The notes below the pieces were generated by a model. That model saw only the letters and a list, made by a program, of their open reading frames with translations, had not been told where the DNA came from and made no database searches. Made by a program: the position numbers and the translations under genes. From an uncultured delta proteobacterium (GTDB lineage Bacteria > Desulfobacterota > Desulfobacteria > Desulfobacterales > B30-G6), in assembly GCA_963823335.1 (NCBI GenBank), contig CAWGLD010000005.1, positions 192,001 to 256,000 on the forward strand: a stretch of 64,000 nt of DNA, given 5' to 3'. Below, in pieces: positions 40,318 to 50,757 of the stretch. Numbering within the stretch: the stretch's first letter is position 1; each line of letters begins with the position of its first letter.

Positions 40318-41364
40318 TCAGGTCTGGGCACGGTCTTTTAGATTTGATTTAAGGCAGGTTCTTAGCTGTTGCAGTATTTCTTCAGCCTGGATATTCCATC
40401 CGATAAATGCCAGTAGCGTTCCTGCTGGTTCCTTCCAATGGGACCATTCAGCTTTGCCTCCAACGAAGTTGACAAAAGCGGCGCGGTCCTGAAACTGAAC
40501 CGGTCCTTTTATACGAAAAAGTTCCCAGGGCAGCCCATGGATAAAAGCGTTGAAACAATCCTCGTCCAGCGCTTCGACGGACTGAAAGGAAAATGTCACG
40601 AACCCGGAAGCATCAATGCCTTTCACGTTTCCACATCCTCCCTCATCAGGTTTTATTTCTCGACTGTCCGAATCCTTTTTCGAGATAGCCGAATCCGGCG
40701 AATAATGCTTGAAGAAGCTGATCGGTTTCAAGTCAACCACATTAGAGGTGTGTTTTTCAAGAAGGGCTGCAGGATCGATATTACACTGGATGGTCGGTAT
40801 CACACGGGTTGTGGGGAAGAGCTCGTGGATTTCTTTCAGGTACGATGATATACGCTGCTTTTGGAGCAGGTCGATTTTGTTCAGTAAAATCAAGTCGGCT
40901 ATTTCAAGCTGATGATAAAACAGAGCCCCGAATATTTCGCGGCCTTCCCACAAATCAGCATCCAGCACGGTAATGGTTTTTGTTAGCGCGAGTTTTCCAA
41001 ACAGGTCTTTTTCCTGGAGTATGGCTCTGATGGATATCGGGTCGGCCACGCCGGAAGGCTCTATCAGAATCCGTGACGGGCTGAAACGTTCCATGATGCT
41101 TTGGAGAGCCTGCCTGAGATCCGCGACGAGCGTGCAGCAGATACATCCGCTGGTCAGTTCGACAACATCCGACCCGCTGTCTTTCAAAAGCGAACCGTCA
41201 ATACCCACATTTCCGAATTCATTCACCAGGACAACCGTACCTGACAGGTCGTCGTCCCATGTCAGAATACGTTTCAATAGCGTTGTTTTCCCTGAACCCA
41301 GAAATCCCGATACTAAAATGACATCTGTGCTGATTTTTTGTGATAATTGAGAAGTATTTTTCAT
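40318..41364 (-). CDS. CobW/COG0523 GTPase metallochaperone
   Basis: GFLGSGKTT, NEFG, GCICC, EPSG, NKID. Confidence 0.9.
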   Translation of the reverse strand: MKNTSQLSQKISTDVILVSGFLGSGKTTLLKRILTWDDDLSGTVVLVNEFGNVGIDGSLLKDSGSDVVELTSGCICCTLVADLRQALQSIMERFSPSRILIEPSGVADPISIRAILQEKDLFGKLALTKTITVLDADLWEGREIFGALFYHQLEIADLILLNKIDLLQKQRISSYLKEIHELFPTTRVIPTIQCNIDPAALLEKHTSNVVDLKPISFFKHYSPDSAISKKDSDSREIKPDEGGCGNVKGIDASGFVTFSFQSVEALDEDCFNAFIHGLPWELFRIKGPVQFQDRAAFVNFVGGKAEWSHWKEPAGTLLAFIGWNIQAEEILQQLRTCLKSNLKDRAQT

Positions 41365-41478
41365 ATTGATTTCACCTTCCCGATAGTTACACTGCTTTTA
41401 AAATGGTGTCAATTTTGTTATGGTATCACTGTTTGATTTACCGCAGCGGTATGTAAGATATGATTGGAGGTCGGGCGA

Positions 41479-41997
41479 ATGTTAAAATTGAACTGGCAGG
41501 ATGAGTTTGTGCGGGAGGGGCACCGGGTGTTTTTCGCCGGTCAACCCTTTGCCATGCATTGCCATCATTACAATATTAATCTGCAGAAAACACTCGAAGA
41601 CACGCTTGGGGATGAAGGTATACAACTGATAATCCGGTCTGCGGAAGAATCCGGTTATTGTAACTTCCGGAACCTGGTAGATCAGTTCAGTTATCTCAAA
41701 ACCGTAAAATCAAAGCTTGAAATGGCTGCCGCAATGTACCAGAATTACGGCCTTGGGGTCATTCACCTGCAGGAAATCGATACCGGCGGCGGTCGCATCA
41801 TAAGCCCTTCCAGTCACCATGTTACCGGGTGGTTGGCCAAGCATGGAAGGCGAAAGTCGCCTGGTTGCCATTTTACCTGTGGTTGGGTTGCGGGGGTGCT
41901 GGCGGCTATTTTTGACAAGCCCAAGGGGTACTATCACATGGACGAGGTGCACTGTAAAATGGTGGGGGACCCGGATTGTGTTTTCATGGTTTCATAA
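41479..41997 (+). CDS. V4R domain protein
   Basis: GLGV, CHFTCGWVAG, EVHCKMVGDPDCVF; N-terminal MHCHHY. Confidence 0.8.
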   Translation: MLKLNWQDEFVREGHRVFFAGQPFAMHCHHYNINLQKTLEDTLGDEGIQLIIRSAEESGYCNFRNLVDQFSYLKTVKSKLEMAAAMYQNYGLGVIHLQEIDTGGGRIISPSSHHVTGWLAKHGRRKSPGCHFTCGWVAGVLAAIFDKPKGYYHMDEVHCKMVGDPDCVFMVS

Positions 41998-42030
41998 AAT
42001 TTAGATTAAGATCCTTACAGGGAACAGCCC

Positions 42031-42633
42031 ATGGCAATAGACGGAAATAAGATCATCCATGCGGTCATGGAAGGCAGCCGAATACGAGAGGCAAAAGGGA
42101 TTATCCCTCTTTTCGGTGTTTACCTCTCCATTTTATCGGTGGGATACTATAATAAGCTCAGTTTTGACTTCGAGCGTAGGATGGGTGATACAAACGCTGT
42201 CGAGGCCCGATCATTATTGACCAGGGCGGCCCAGGAGTGTGGTTACGCTACATTTCAGGGTATACGAAATTCGTGGGAATGGGATGAAATCATTAAACCC
42301 ATGATTGAATCCGAGAAAGACCAGGTCGAAGGATTTATTTCCGTAGCGGTCGCATTCGGGTGGGGGGATCTTGAAGTCAGGGAACTCATACCCAATGAGA
42401 AGCTCATCATTCGTGCGACTGAGTCTTATGAAGCCGGCGGCTATCTCAATGATTATGGTACAGCCGTCTCCAGCAAATGCTATATGCTTCGTGGTGTAGC
42501 GGGAGCTTTTATGGACCTTCTTTATGGGGACGCATATCCTGACGGCTGTTTTACATTTATGGCAGAGGAGCGGTTCTGCCGCGCAAAGGGAGATTCATAC
42601 TGTGAATTCATTGTTCGCAGATCATCTCATTAA
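42031..42633 (+). CDS. V4R domain protein
   Basis: FGWG, SYEA, CYMLRG, ERFCRAKGDSYCEF. Confidence 0.8.
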   Translation: MAIDGNKIIHAVMEGSRIREAKGIIPLFGVYLSILSVGYYNKLSFDFERRMGDTNAVEARSLLTRAAQECGYATFQGIRNSWEWDEIIKPMIESEKDQVEGFISVAVAFGWGDLEVRELIPNEKLIIRATESYEAGGYLNDYGTAVSSKCYMLRGVAGAFMDLLYGDAYPDGCFTFMAEERFCRAKGDSYCEFIVRRSSH

Positions 42634-42640
42634 TATCACC

Positions 42641-44857
42641 TTGAGACAGATCGAGCCCGCAGAGAAGCTATCGTGCTGGGAGATGTTTTCGTGCGACAAA
42701 GTTCTCTGCCCGGCTCACCGCCAACATCAGAAAGAGTGCTGGCTTATTCCAAAAACCCACTGTACGACCATCAAGGATGGTGACTTTATTAATAAATTTT
42801 CCTCCTGTCTGAGCTGTTCATATTTTCGTGCCAGAGGTGGGGATCCAAACTTTCGCGGTTGGAATCACTTCATTGCCAGACAACTTAACAATTACAACAT
42901 CCGCGCTCTTGAAAGGATTTATCAGAAGGAAGAGAGCTTTATCGAAATATTAAACCGCATCCCGGACGGGTTGTTTACCACCGACAGAGAGTGGCGCATC
43001 ACCTATTTCAACCCCAGTGCTGAAAAAATCACCGGCTTTTCAGCTCATGATGCAGTCGGAATGTACTGCAAAGATGTATTTAAAAATCCCATCTGTGAAT
43101 CTGATTGCGCGCTGAAGCGTGCGGTCGCAGAGCACCGGAATATTCACAATCGGGAGTACAACATAACCAATATTGACGGGAAAGAAGTTCCCATCATCTG
43201 TTCGACATCCGCTTTTTATGAAAGCTCAGGACGTATTTCGGGCGGATTGGAAATTTTCAAGGACATATCTGAAATTAAGCAGCTGCGGGGAGAAGTTGTT
43301 CGGCGTGAACGTAAATACCGTAGAATTTTCGAGGGAAGTCACGACATGATTTATACGACCAATTTGCTGGGAGATATTCTTGATATAAACCCAGCTGGTG
43401 TCGAGTTGATGGGTTATGAAGATAAGAACGACTTGCTGGAGGACAAAAACGCTTCACACCTGTACCTGCACCCAAAAGGTCGCGAAAAATTTATCAAGGA
43501 GATCAACCGCAAAGGTTATGTTAAAGATTTCGAGACCGATTTTGTGACGAGAAGCGGTAAGCCGCTGCATGTATTGATCTCGAGCCGGAGGTATGAAAAT
43601 CCAACGACAAATGACATCGAGTATGAAGGTATCATCAAAGACATTACCCATCGAAAGCAAACCGAAGAGGTTATCAAGGAGCGAAACCGCGAATTGTCCA
43701 TTCTGAACAGCGTTGCCGTTGCCCTGAATAACACCATGGACATGAACCACATTCTGAAAGTGACGCTGAAAGATGTTCTCAGAGCTCTGCGACTGGAGAA
43801 GGGTGCTCTTTTTCTAATCGATCATGAGAAAGAAAAGGCAAGACTCCAGATCAGGTCTGGTTTTCCCAGACCCCGGGACAACGGAAACATTGTTTTCGGG
43901 GACAAGATGTTGGAAAAGTATCTTCTAAAGAAGGCGCTGCCCCTAAAATCGGAGCCGACCTTCCCTTCATTTAAGGTGCGATATGAATCAAACAGCGGTC
44001 AGATAGTACCCTGGTTGTCGTGCTTCCTTATCACTTTCAAAGGCAAGGGGGTGGGGTTTTTCGGATTTGATCTTGCACTTGATCGAGAATTCAATCCCAA
44101 CGAACTGCATCTTCTCGGGTCAATCGGTAACTTCCTCGGTGGATCCATCGAGAACGCTCAATTGATGAAAATGATCCGGCTGCACCGGCAGGACCTGAGA
44201 CGACTCACGGAAAAACTGTTTCAGAGCCAGGAGGAAGAGCGCCGGCGTATTGCACGGGAACTGCATGACGAGGCCGGTCAATCCCTCACGGCCGTTAAAC
44301 TTGGGCTCGATCATCTGGAGGCTTCCTATGCCGATGAAAATAAAGCCCTCGGGAATGAAATATCCGAAATCCGTATAATGATTCAACGGACCGCGTCTGA
44401 AATCAGACGACTCTCATATCGTCTGCACCCGACGCTGCTGATCGATCTGGGCTTGCAGCCCGCGCTCAAACTCTATTTTAGGGAAATTGAAAATCACTCC
44501 GACCTGGATATCGACTTCAACATGGTGGGATTCGACCATCGGCTGAATGTCGATATCGAGACAGTATTATATCGATTCAGTCAGGAAGCACTTACTAACA
44601 CCCTGAAACATTCCGGTGCCGAAAATTTTCGTATTTCAATAATCAAGGGCTATCCGCGGATTATATTTTTAGCGGAAGATGATGGTATTGGTTTTGATTC
44701 TCAGATTGCCGGCAGGGATCGACGGAGTCTGGGACTGCTGGGAATGAGAGAGAGAACATCTCTTCTGGGTGGAACCTTCCAGCTTCGCAGCAAACCAGGC
44801 CAGGGGACTCGAATCCGGATTGAAATCCCGCTGCCCGAGGATCAAAGTTATGAATAA
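42641..44857 (+). CDS. PAS-PAS-GAF-like sensor histidine kinase (HisKA_3/NarX-type) with Cys-rich N-terminal CW domain; start uncertain
   Basis: CWE..C..CPA..CW..C motif, two PAS domains, ERRRIARELHDE, QEALTN, DDGIGF, GLLGMRER. Confidence 0.88.
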   Translation: MRQIEPAEKLSCWEMFSCDKVLCPAHRQHQKECWLIPKTHCTTIKDGDFINKFSSCLSCSYFRARGGDPNFRGWNHFIARQLNNYNIRALERIYQKEESFIEILNRIPDGLFTTDREWRITYFNPSAEKITGFSAHDAVGMYCKDVFKNPICESDCALKRAVAEHRNIHNREYNITNIDGKEVPIICSTSAFYESSGRISGGLEIFKDISEIKQLRGEVVRRERKYRRIFEGSHDMIYTTNLLGDILDINPAGVELMGYEDKNDLLEDKNASHLYLHPKGREKFIKEINRKGYVKDFETDFVTRSGKPLHVLISSRRYENPTTNDIEYEGIIKDITHRKQTEEVIKERNRELSILNSVAVALNNTMDMNHILKVTLKDVLRALRLEKGALFLIDHEKEKARLQIRSGFPRPRDNGNIVFGDKMLEKYLLKKALPLKSEPTFPSFKVRYESNSGQIVPWLSCFLITFKGKGVGFFGFDLALDREFNPNELHLLGSIGNFLGGSIENAQLMKMIRLHRQDLRRLTEKLFQSQEEERRRIARELHDEAGQSLTAVKLGLDHLEASYADENKALGNEISEIRIMIQRTASEIRRLSYRLHPTLLIDLGLQPALKLYFREIENHSDLDIDFNMVGFDHRLNVDIETVLYRFSQEALTNTLKHSGAENFRISIIKGYPRIIFLAEDDGIGFDSQIAGRDRRSLGLLGMRERTSLLGGTFQLRSKPGQGTRIRIEIPLPEDQSYE

Positions 44858-45512
44858 AAGCATACGAATCCTGATTGCCGACGACCATACCATTGTGCGG
44901 CAGGGGCTTGCCAGGCTGCTTGAGGAACAGGCGGATCTGAAAGTCATCGGTGAGGCAATAAACGGCCAGGATGCCGTGGAAAAAGCACTGGAACTCAAAC
45001 CCGACATCGCCATACTGGATATCGCAATGCCGCGTATGACCGGAATAGAAGCGGCCAAGAGAATTCGAAAGCGTCTGCCGGAAATCAAAATTATTATACT
45101 TTCCATGTACTCCCATGAACATTACATCGACGAACTAATTGAAACAGGTGTGTCGGGATATCTTCTGAAAGATTCGAGCGGCAGGGACATTATCAAAGCG
45201 ATCCGTGCTGCATTGAAAGACGAAACTTTTTTAAGTCCCTATATTTCCAAAAAACTGATAGAGAGCTATCTAACTCCAAAAAAAAATTCACTCAGGACAG
45301 ACAGGTATAAACAACTCACCAACCGGGAACGGGAAATATTTCAGTTAATTGCCGAAGGTCTTACAACCCGCAAGATTGCCGAAATGCTTTTTATCAGTAT
45401 CAGCACCGTTAAATCCCACCGAAACAAGATTATGGAAAAGCTCGAAATCGATTCGTCTGTGAAACTGGTTCACTTTGCCATTAAGCTTGGGCTGGTGGAT
45501 CCAGAGTTGTAA
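44850..45512 (+). CDS. NarL/LuxR-family response regulator
   Basis: IADDH, LDIAMP, GYLLK, LTNREREI, STVKSHR. Confidence 0.93.
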   Translation: MNKSIRILIADDHTIVRQGLARLLEEQADLKVIGEAINGQDAVEKALELKPDIAILDIAMPRMTGIEAAKRIRKRLPEIKIIILSMYSHEHYIDELIETGVSGYLLKDSSGRDIIKAIRAALKDETFLSPYISKKLIESYLTPKKNSLRTDRYKQLTNREREIFQLIAEGLTTRKIAEMLFISISTVKSHRNKIMEKLEIDSSVKLVHFAIKLGLVDPEL

Positions 45513-45619
45513 GTTAGAGGGTGCAACGGCGCGTAAAAAGAGCCTTCCCACCAATTTTAGCTCTCCAACACGCACATTAAGGGTGTCAAGATATAAAATC
45601 AGCCTGTATTAATAAAAAA

Positions 45620-45636
45620 ATCATCCTTTAGACGAT
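45620..45636. promoter_or_regulatory. Candidate response-regulator operator upstream of the methyltransferase operon
   Basis: Imperfect palindrome ATCATC-N5-GACGAT about 120 bp before the MtrH-like ATG. Confidence 0.35.
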
Positions 45637-45753
45637 AGCTTCCCATCGTATTCTCCGCTAAAGAACATCTTGCGCCCTGTCAATCAAACCCATTTTTTAT
45701 AAAATACAAAGGAACGATAACCACGAACAGAAATATCGGGAGAGGAGGTCGTA

Positions 45754-46710
45754 ATGTTTCAGCTCAGTAAGGAGCAAAAGGTTTGTGAAGTCGGTGGAGT
45801 GAAATTCGGTGGCCAGCCGGGTGAATACCCTTGTGTGTGTGTGAGTTCTATTTTTCAAAAAGGAGATAGGATTTTTGACGGAAAACGGAAGGAAGGCTTT
45901 AACGAGAAGAGGGCTGAGGAACTTTTAAAAGAACAAGAACGTCTGACCGTGGAAACCGGGGTTCCGGGAATGGCGGACATCGTCGCGAATACAGGAGAAG
46001 AGTTTAAAACCTATATCGATTTTGTTTCATCGGTCAGCAACATGCCGTTTTGCATCGACGCCTGGGTAATGAAACCGAAACTGGCCGGAGCGGCATATTG
46101 TGCCGAGAAAGGGTTGATGGATCGCATGTTCTACAACAGTCTCACCGTGTGGGAAAAGGATCTGGAGACTGAAATCCGCGAAATTTATCAACTGGGAGTT
46201 AAACACGTGCTCTTGGTCGCCTTTGACCAGGAAGACCAGATGCCCAGCGGAAGAATTACAGGTACCCAGAGACTGCTGGATGCGATTGATAAGGCGGGGG
46301 CGGAATTTGAAAGCATTTTCGTGGACACATCGGTAATGAACGGTCCGGCCACTGCCTTTTGTAGTATTGCCAATAGAATGATCAAAGAAAAGTGGGGTTT
46401 TCCCACCGGCAGCGCACCCAGCAACGGCTCCTATATGGATCTGACTAGATTCAAGGAAAACCTGGGTTTCAAAGGTTGGTCAGCCACGGATGCGGCTCTT
46501 GAATCTCTAGCTGCTTTTTTTTATCATGACATAATTTTTTCCGGACCAATGGCGGGAGCCGGCCGAATATTTCCTGCGGTTGCAGAAGCGGAGGCGTTTC
46601 TGGCTACCGCTGTTTTTGCCGAAACTAAAAAACTGCCAAAAGAACCGAGTCATCCATTGTACAAACTGTTCCCAGATTTTGTGGAGCAATTAAACGTTTT
46701 AGCCGGATAG
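45754..46710 (+). CDS. MtrH-family methyltransferase (likely methylcorrinoid:tetrahydrofolate methyltransferase)
   Basis: EQKVCEVGGVKFGGQPGEYP, SIF, PFCID, YNSL, GSAPSN, HPLYKLF. Confidence 0.88.
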   Translation: MFQLSKEQKVCEVGGVKFGGQPGEYPCVCVSSIFQKGDRIFDGKRKEGFNEKRAEELLKEQERLTVETGVPGMADIVANTGEEFKTYIDFVSSVSNMPFCIDAWVMKPKLAGAAYCAEKGLMDRMFYNSLTVWEKDLETEIREIYQLGVKHVLLVAFDQEDQMPSGRITGTQRLLDAIDKAGAEFESIFVDTSVMNGPATAFCSIANRMIKEKWGFPTGSAPSNGSYMDLTRFKENLGFKGWSATDAALESLAAFFYHDIIFSGPMAGAGRIFPAVAEAEAFLATAVFAETKKLPKEPSHPLYKLFPDFVEQLNVLAG

Positions 46711-46755
46711 ACATAAACTATTATCTACCCAAACATTTTTGAAGGGAGTTGAATC

Positions 46756-47808
46756 ATGGCAGAGCTTACACCAAAAGAACGCGTCATGCGATTATTGCGA
46801 AAAGAACCCATTGACACCATGCCGTTTTTCAGCGGGATGGGTATGGTCGTGATGCCGGGTATCGACAAAGCGGGTGTCAATTTCGCAAGCATTCATACCG
46901 ATGCAGAGCGGATGGCCCGTTCAGCGCTGTGGTCTTCGAGATTAATGGGATTTGACTGTGCAGTCATACCCTATGATATGACCATGGAATCGGAAGCGAT
47001 GGGCAATACGATCAGTCTTTATAAGGACAGTGAAGACATCCTCTATCCAACCATCCCGCAAAAAATATGGAGCACCATAGATGAGGTGAAGATTCCCGAC
47101 AATATCGTCGAACTGGGACGTCTGCCACTGATCCCCAAAGCCATCGAGGTTATCAAGAAGGAAGCTCCCGAGCTTCCCATCGGATGCTGGCAACTGGGGC
47201 CGTTTACACAGGCAGGCCAGATTCTGGAATTGGATTTGATTCTCAAGGGCGTGTTCAAGCAGAAAGCCAAGGTCGAGGAACTGCTGGATAAATTGACTGA
47301 CATGATCATCAAGATCGGTCAGTGGATGCAGGCCTCCGGGTGTGACTATATGACACTTCGTGAGCCAGGTGTTGCCGCCGATCTACTAAGCCCGCGGACC
47401 TTTCGCGATATCATCAAACCCAGGTTGACACGTATTCTGGAAGCGTGGGGCTCACCTAAATTACTGCACATATGTGGACAGACCGATCCGTTGATAGAAA
47501 TGATGAACGAGTGTGGTGCTGATGGTCTGACCGTTGATATAAAATGCAATCTTGCCGAAGCTAGGAAAAAACTGGGTAACGATGTGCTCCTGATGGGAAA
47601 TCTGGACACCTACACCATGACCTGTGATGAGAAAACACCTGTAGATAAGACTGTCGCGCACGTGAAAGAGATCATCGACAGCGGTGTCGACGCCGTTATG
47701 CCGGGATGTGATTTGTGGCCAGCAATCATTGAAGAAAATATGAAAGCTGTTTCGGATACGACCCACACGTACGGGAAAAAACCCAGCCCCGCCGTTGGAA
47801 GACTTTAG
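46756..47808 (+). CDS. MtaA/CmuA (UroD-fold) corrinoid methyltransferase
   Basis: ESEAMG, GRLP, GPFT, Zn motif LHICG ... MPGCDL intact. Confidence 0.88.
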   Translation: MAELTPKERVMRLLRKEPIDTMPFFSGMGMVVMPGIDKAGVNFASIHTDAERMARSALWSSRLMGFDCAVIPYDMTMESEAMGNTISLYKDSEDILYPTIPQKIWSTIDEVKIPDNIVELGRLPLIPKAIEVIKKEAPELPIGCWQLGPFTQAGQILELDLILKGVFKQKAKVEELLDKLTDMIIKIGQWMQASGCDYMTLREPGVAADLLSPRTFRDIIKPRLTRILEAWGSPKLLHICGQTDPLIEMMNECGADGLTVDIKCNLAEARKKLGNDVLLMGNLDTYTMTCDEKTPVDKTVAHVKEIIDSGVDAVMPGCDLWPAIIEENMKAVSDTTHTYGKKPSPAVGRL

Positions 47809-47880
47809 ACGCTCGTAATGTGACACCCTTGCAGGAACGGTTGAAATAAATGAAATCTGAAAAATAAGGAGAGAATACCT

Positions 47881-48540
47881 ATGGCAACAAAAGAAGAGTT
47901 ACTCGAAAAAATGAAAACAGCGGTTATCGAATGGCAGGAAGACGATATCGGCGGATATGCCCAACAGTTTCTGGATGATGGGCACGTGGCCCTGGAAGGG
48001 ATTATGGATGGATTGGCGGCCGGGATGGAAGTTGTCGGTGACTTGTATGATCGTAACGAATACTTCGTTCCCGAGGTGTTGATGTGTGCAGATGCGTTAT
48101 ATGCGGGTCTGGCTGTCCTGAGGCCCCATGTCCCAAAGTCGGAAAGTGGACCCAAAGCCCAGGTCGTTATCGGAAGCATTCAGGGAGATGTACACGATAT
48201 CGGCAAAAATCTGGTCAAGATGATGTTTGACGTGGCCGGATGGGAAGTTCACGACCTGGGTCGCGATGTGCCGCTGGAAAATTTTGTTTCAGAGCAGCTG
48301 CGGACCGATTCGGAAGTTGTGGCCATGTCGGCCATGATGACCACGACCATGATGGGTATGAAGAAGGTCATAAAAATGATCAAAGACAAGAATCCTGACG
48401 TGGCCATCATGCTGGGCGGGGCGCCGGTAACCAAGGATGTGGCCAATCTCTTTGGAGCGGACGGCTATGCCGAATCAGCTGGAAATGCCGTATCGGAAGG
48501 GATTAAAATGATCGGCCGCCTGCGGGAAATGCACAAATAA
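47881..48540 (+). CDS. Corrinoid (cobalamin-binding) methyl-carrier protein (MtaC/MttC-like)
   Basis: GMEVVG, EYFVPE, GDVHDIGKN (DxHxxG), SAMMTTT, GGAP. Confidence 0.95.
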   Translation: MATKEELLEKMKTAVIEWQEDDIGGYAQQFLDDGHVALEGIMDGLAAGMEVVGDLYDRNEYFVPEVLMCADALYAGLAVLRPHVPKSESGPKAQVVIGSIQGDVHDIGKNLVKMMFDVAGWEVHDLGRDVPLENFVSEQLRTDSEVVAMSAMMTTTMMGMKKVIKMIKDKNPDVAIMLGGAPVTKDVANLFGADGYAESAGNAVSEGIKMIGRLREMHK

Positions 48541-48559
48541 AAACAGCCCTGATGGACGA

Positions 48560-48600
48560 TACCCCGAACCATGAGTATCCCGTGAGAAGTGGTTCGGGGT
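48560..48600 (+). terminator. Stem-loop after the corrinoid gene
   Basis: ACCCCGAACCA ... TGGTTCGGGGT followed by TTGTT. Confidence 0.5.
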
Positions 48601-48673
48601 TTGTTGTGCGCTGAACATAAGTCATCCGCGTACGGTAGGCAATGCTAATTCAATTTGAGGAGGAATCTGGCGA

Positions 48674-50734
48674 ATGAGCGACGATAAAGCAATGGTAATC
48701 TTTCAGCCTTCTGGCCGAAGAGGGGAGATTGCTAAAGGGACCAATATAATTGAGGCATCTCGGTTGCTCGGGGTGGATATCGAAGCCCTTTGCGGGGAGA
48801 AGAAAGTCTGCGGGAAATGTGTTGTACGTATTGAAGAGGGGACTTTCGAAAAATACGGTATTACATCGAGTATAGAGAATGTGAGTTCATGGCAGGAGGA
48901 AGAGGAAAAATTCATCAATGCGGAGCGAAAACAGAAGGGATTTCGCTTGGGGTGTATGGCGAAGATCAACGATGATGTCCTCATTTTCGTTCCCGAGGAG
49001 TCACGTGCAGGGAAACAGGTGGTGAGCAAGGCTGCCCGAGATATTCACATCGAGCACGACCCGGCCGTGAAGGTTTACCATGTGCAGGTGGCGCCGCCAA
49101 CCTTTGAGGAACCCCTGGGTGATTTTGAGCGGGTTTGCCGGGGACTTCAACGGGAACACGGTCTAGGCGATCTGGGCATCGATGTTTTTGCACTCAGACA
49201 GCTGCCGGTTGCTCTGCGAGATGGGGACTGGGCCGTGACCGTGAGTGTGTGGAACGACAAAGAGGTCATCCGTGTTCGGCCCGGCAAGGAAGAGAAGTCA
49301 TACGGCTTGGCTATCGACGTTGGGACGACGACCGTTGCCGCTTATTTTTGCGACCTGACGACCATGGAAGTTATTGACACGGTTTCCATGATGAACCCTC
49401 AGTGTAAATACGGTGAAGACGTGATGGCACGCATCACGTACCATATGACCACACCGGATGGTCTTAAGCGGATGAGCGACGACATCATCGAAGGCGTAAA
49501 CGAGATGATCGACAAGGCGATTGATAACACCTTCCCGCCCAAGAAAAAGAAGAAGAAAAGAAAAGGGGAGGAGGGACCGGTAGAATATGTGGAAGCCCCT
49601 GAAGAAGGAAAGACCTACCTGAGGCTAACACATGAGGACATCGAGGATATCACCATCGGATTTAACACGGCCATGCACCATATATTTCTCGGGTTGGATC
49701 CGGAGTTTGTCGGACTTGCACCATTTCCGCCGGTCATTCACCATAGTATGGACATCAAAGCCAGAGACCTGGGTATCGGCATCAATCCTTCGTCCTACCT
49801 GTTCGTGCTTCCCATTGAAGCCGGATTTGTAGGTGCGGACAATGTGGGGGTACTGCTTGCCGAAGAACCCTATAAGCATGAAGAGAATCAACTGATCATC
49901 GATATCGGTACCAATGGTGAGTTGGTGCTGGGTAACCGGCACAAGTTGATTTCATCGTCATGTGCAACGGGCCCGGCCCTCGAAGGTGCTCAGATCGCAT
50001 TTGGTATGCGGGCGGCACCGGGAGCCATCGAACGGATATTGATCGACCCGGTAACCAAGGAGACAGACTACAAGGTCATCGGGCGTGATGCCTGGCGAAA
50101 GTTTTCCAAACCCAAGGATATGAAAGCCAAGGGCATCTGCGGTTCGGGTATTCTTGACCTTCTGGCCGAGTTGTACACATCGGGTGTGATCTTAAAAAGC
50201 GGTGTGTTTAACAAGAAGGCCCTGAAGGATCACCCCCGTTTCAGAATCAACCCGGATACCAAACAACCCGAGTTTGTTCTGGCCTGGGCTGAAGAGTCGA
50301 GTATCGACAAAGATATCGTCGTGACACAAAAGGATATCCGGCAGATTCAACTGGCCAAGGGGGCCTTGTATGCCGGCTGTAAACTGATGGTCAAACGGAT
50401 GGGACTTGAGAAGGTCGACCGGGTTAAAATAGCGGGTGCATTCGGCACACATGTGGATCGAACCAAGGCTCTGGTCATGGGTTTGTTCCCTGATTGTGAT
50501 ATCGACAAGATCGAAGGTGTCGGCAATGCCGCGGGTGACGGCTGTAGAACCGCCCTGTTGAACAGGAAGAAGCGTGCGGAAGCCAACTGGTGTTCTCAAA
50601 ATGTTGAATATATCGAACTTACCGTCGAAGAGACATTTCAGCAGGAATTTATGGAAGCCATGCAACTGCCGCATATGACGGATAAATTCCCACACCTCAA
50701 GGGTATCGTTCCGGATGACATTCTAAACCAATAA
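48674..50734 (+). CDS. ASKHA-type reductive activator of corrinoid proteins (RACo/DUF4445) with N-terminal [2Fe-2S]
   Basis: CGEKKVCGKC..RLGC, DVGTTT, GEDVMAR, GFVGAD, DIGTNGE, GPALEG, GICGSG, QLAKGA. Confidence 0.93.
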   Translation: MSDDKAMVIFQPSGRRGEIAKGTNIIEASRLLGVDIEALCGEKKVCGKCVVRIEEGTFEKYGITSSIENVSSWQEEEEKFINAERKQKGFRLGCMAKINDDVLIFVPEESRAGKQVVSKAARDIHIEHDPAVKVYHVQVAPPTFEEPLGDFERVCRGLQREHGLGDLGIDVFALRQLPVALRDGDWAVTVSVWNDKEVIRVRPGKEEKSYGLAIDVGTTTVAAYFCDLTTMEVIDTVSMMNPQCKYGEDVMARITYHMTTPDGLKRMSDDIIEGVNEMIDKAIDNTFPPKKKKKKRKGEEGPVEYVEAPEEGKTYLRLTHEDIEDITIGFNTAMHHIFLGLDPEFVGLAPFPPVIHHSMDIKARDLGIGINPSSYLFVLPIEAGFVGADNVGVLLAEEPYKHEENQLIIDIGTNGELVLGNRHKLISSSCATGPALEGAQIAFGMRAAPGAIERILIDPVTKETDYKVIGRDAWRKFSKPKDMKAKGICGSGILDLLAELYTSGVILKSGVFNKKALKDHPRFRINPDTKQPEFVLAWAEESSIDKDIVVTQKDIRQIQLAKGALYAGCKLMVKRMGLEKVDRVKIAGAFGTHVDRTKALVMGLFPDCDIDKIEGVGNAAGDGCRTALLNRKKRAEANWCSQNVEYIELTVEETFQQEFMEAMQLPHMTDKFPHLKGIVPDDILNQ

Positions 50735-50757
50735 ATAGTATTGAGATCGAAACACAC

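Noticed and set aside
45754-48540. Pyrrolysine (in-frame TAG) in the methyltransferases
   Set aside because: These are MtrH and MtaA families, not MttB/MtbB/MtmB; the ORFs are full length and the MtrH TAG is followed by TAA two codons later.
47881-48540. Corrinoid protein as the mercury methylase HgcA
   Set aside because: Has the DxHxxG MtaC-type motif, lacks the NVWCAAGK cap helix and transmembrane domain, and there is no hgcB.
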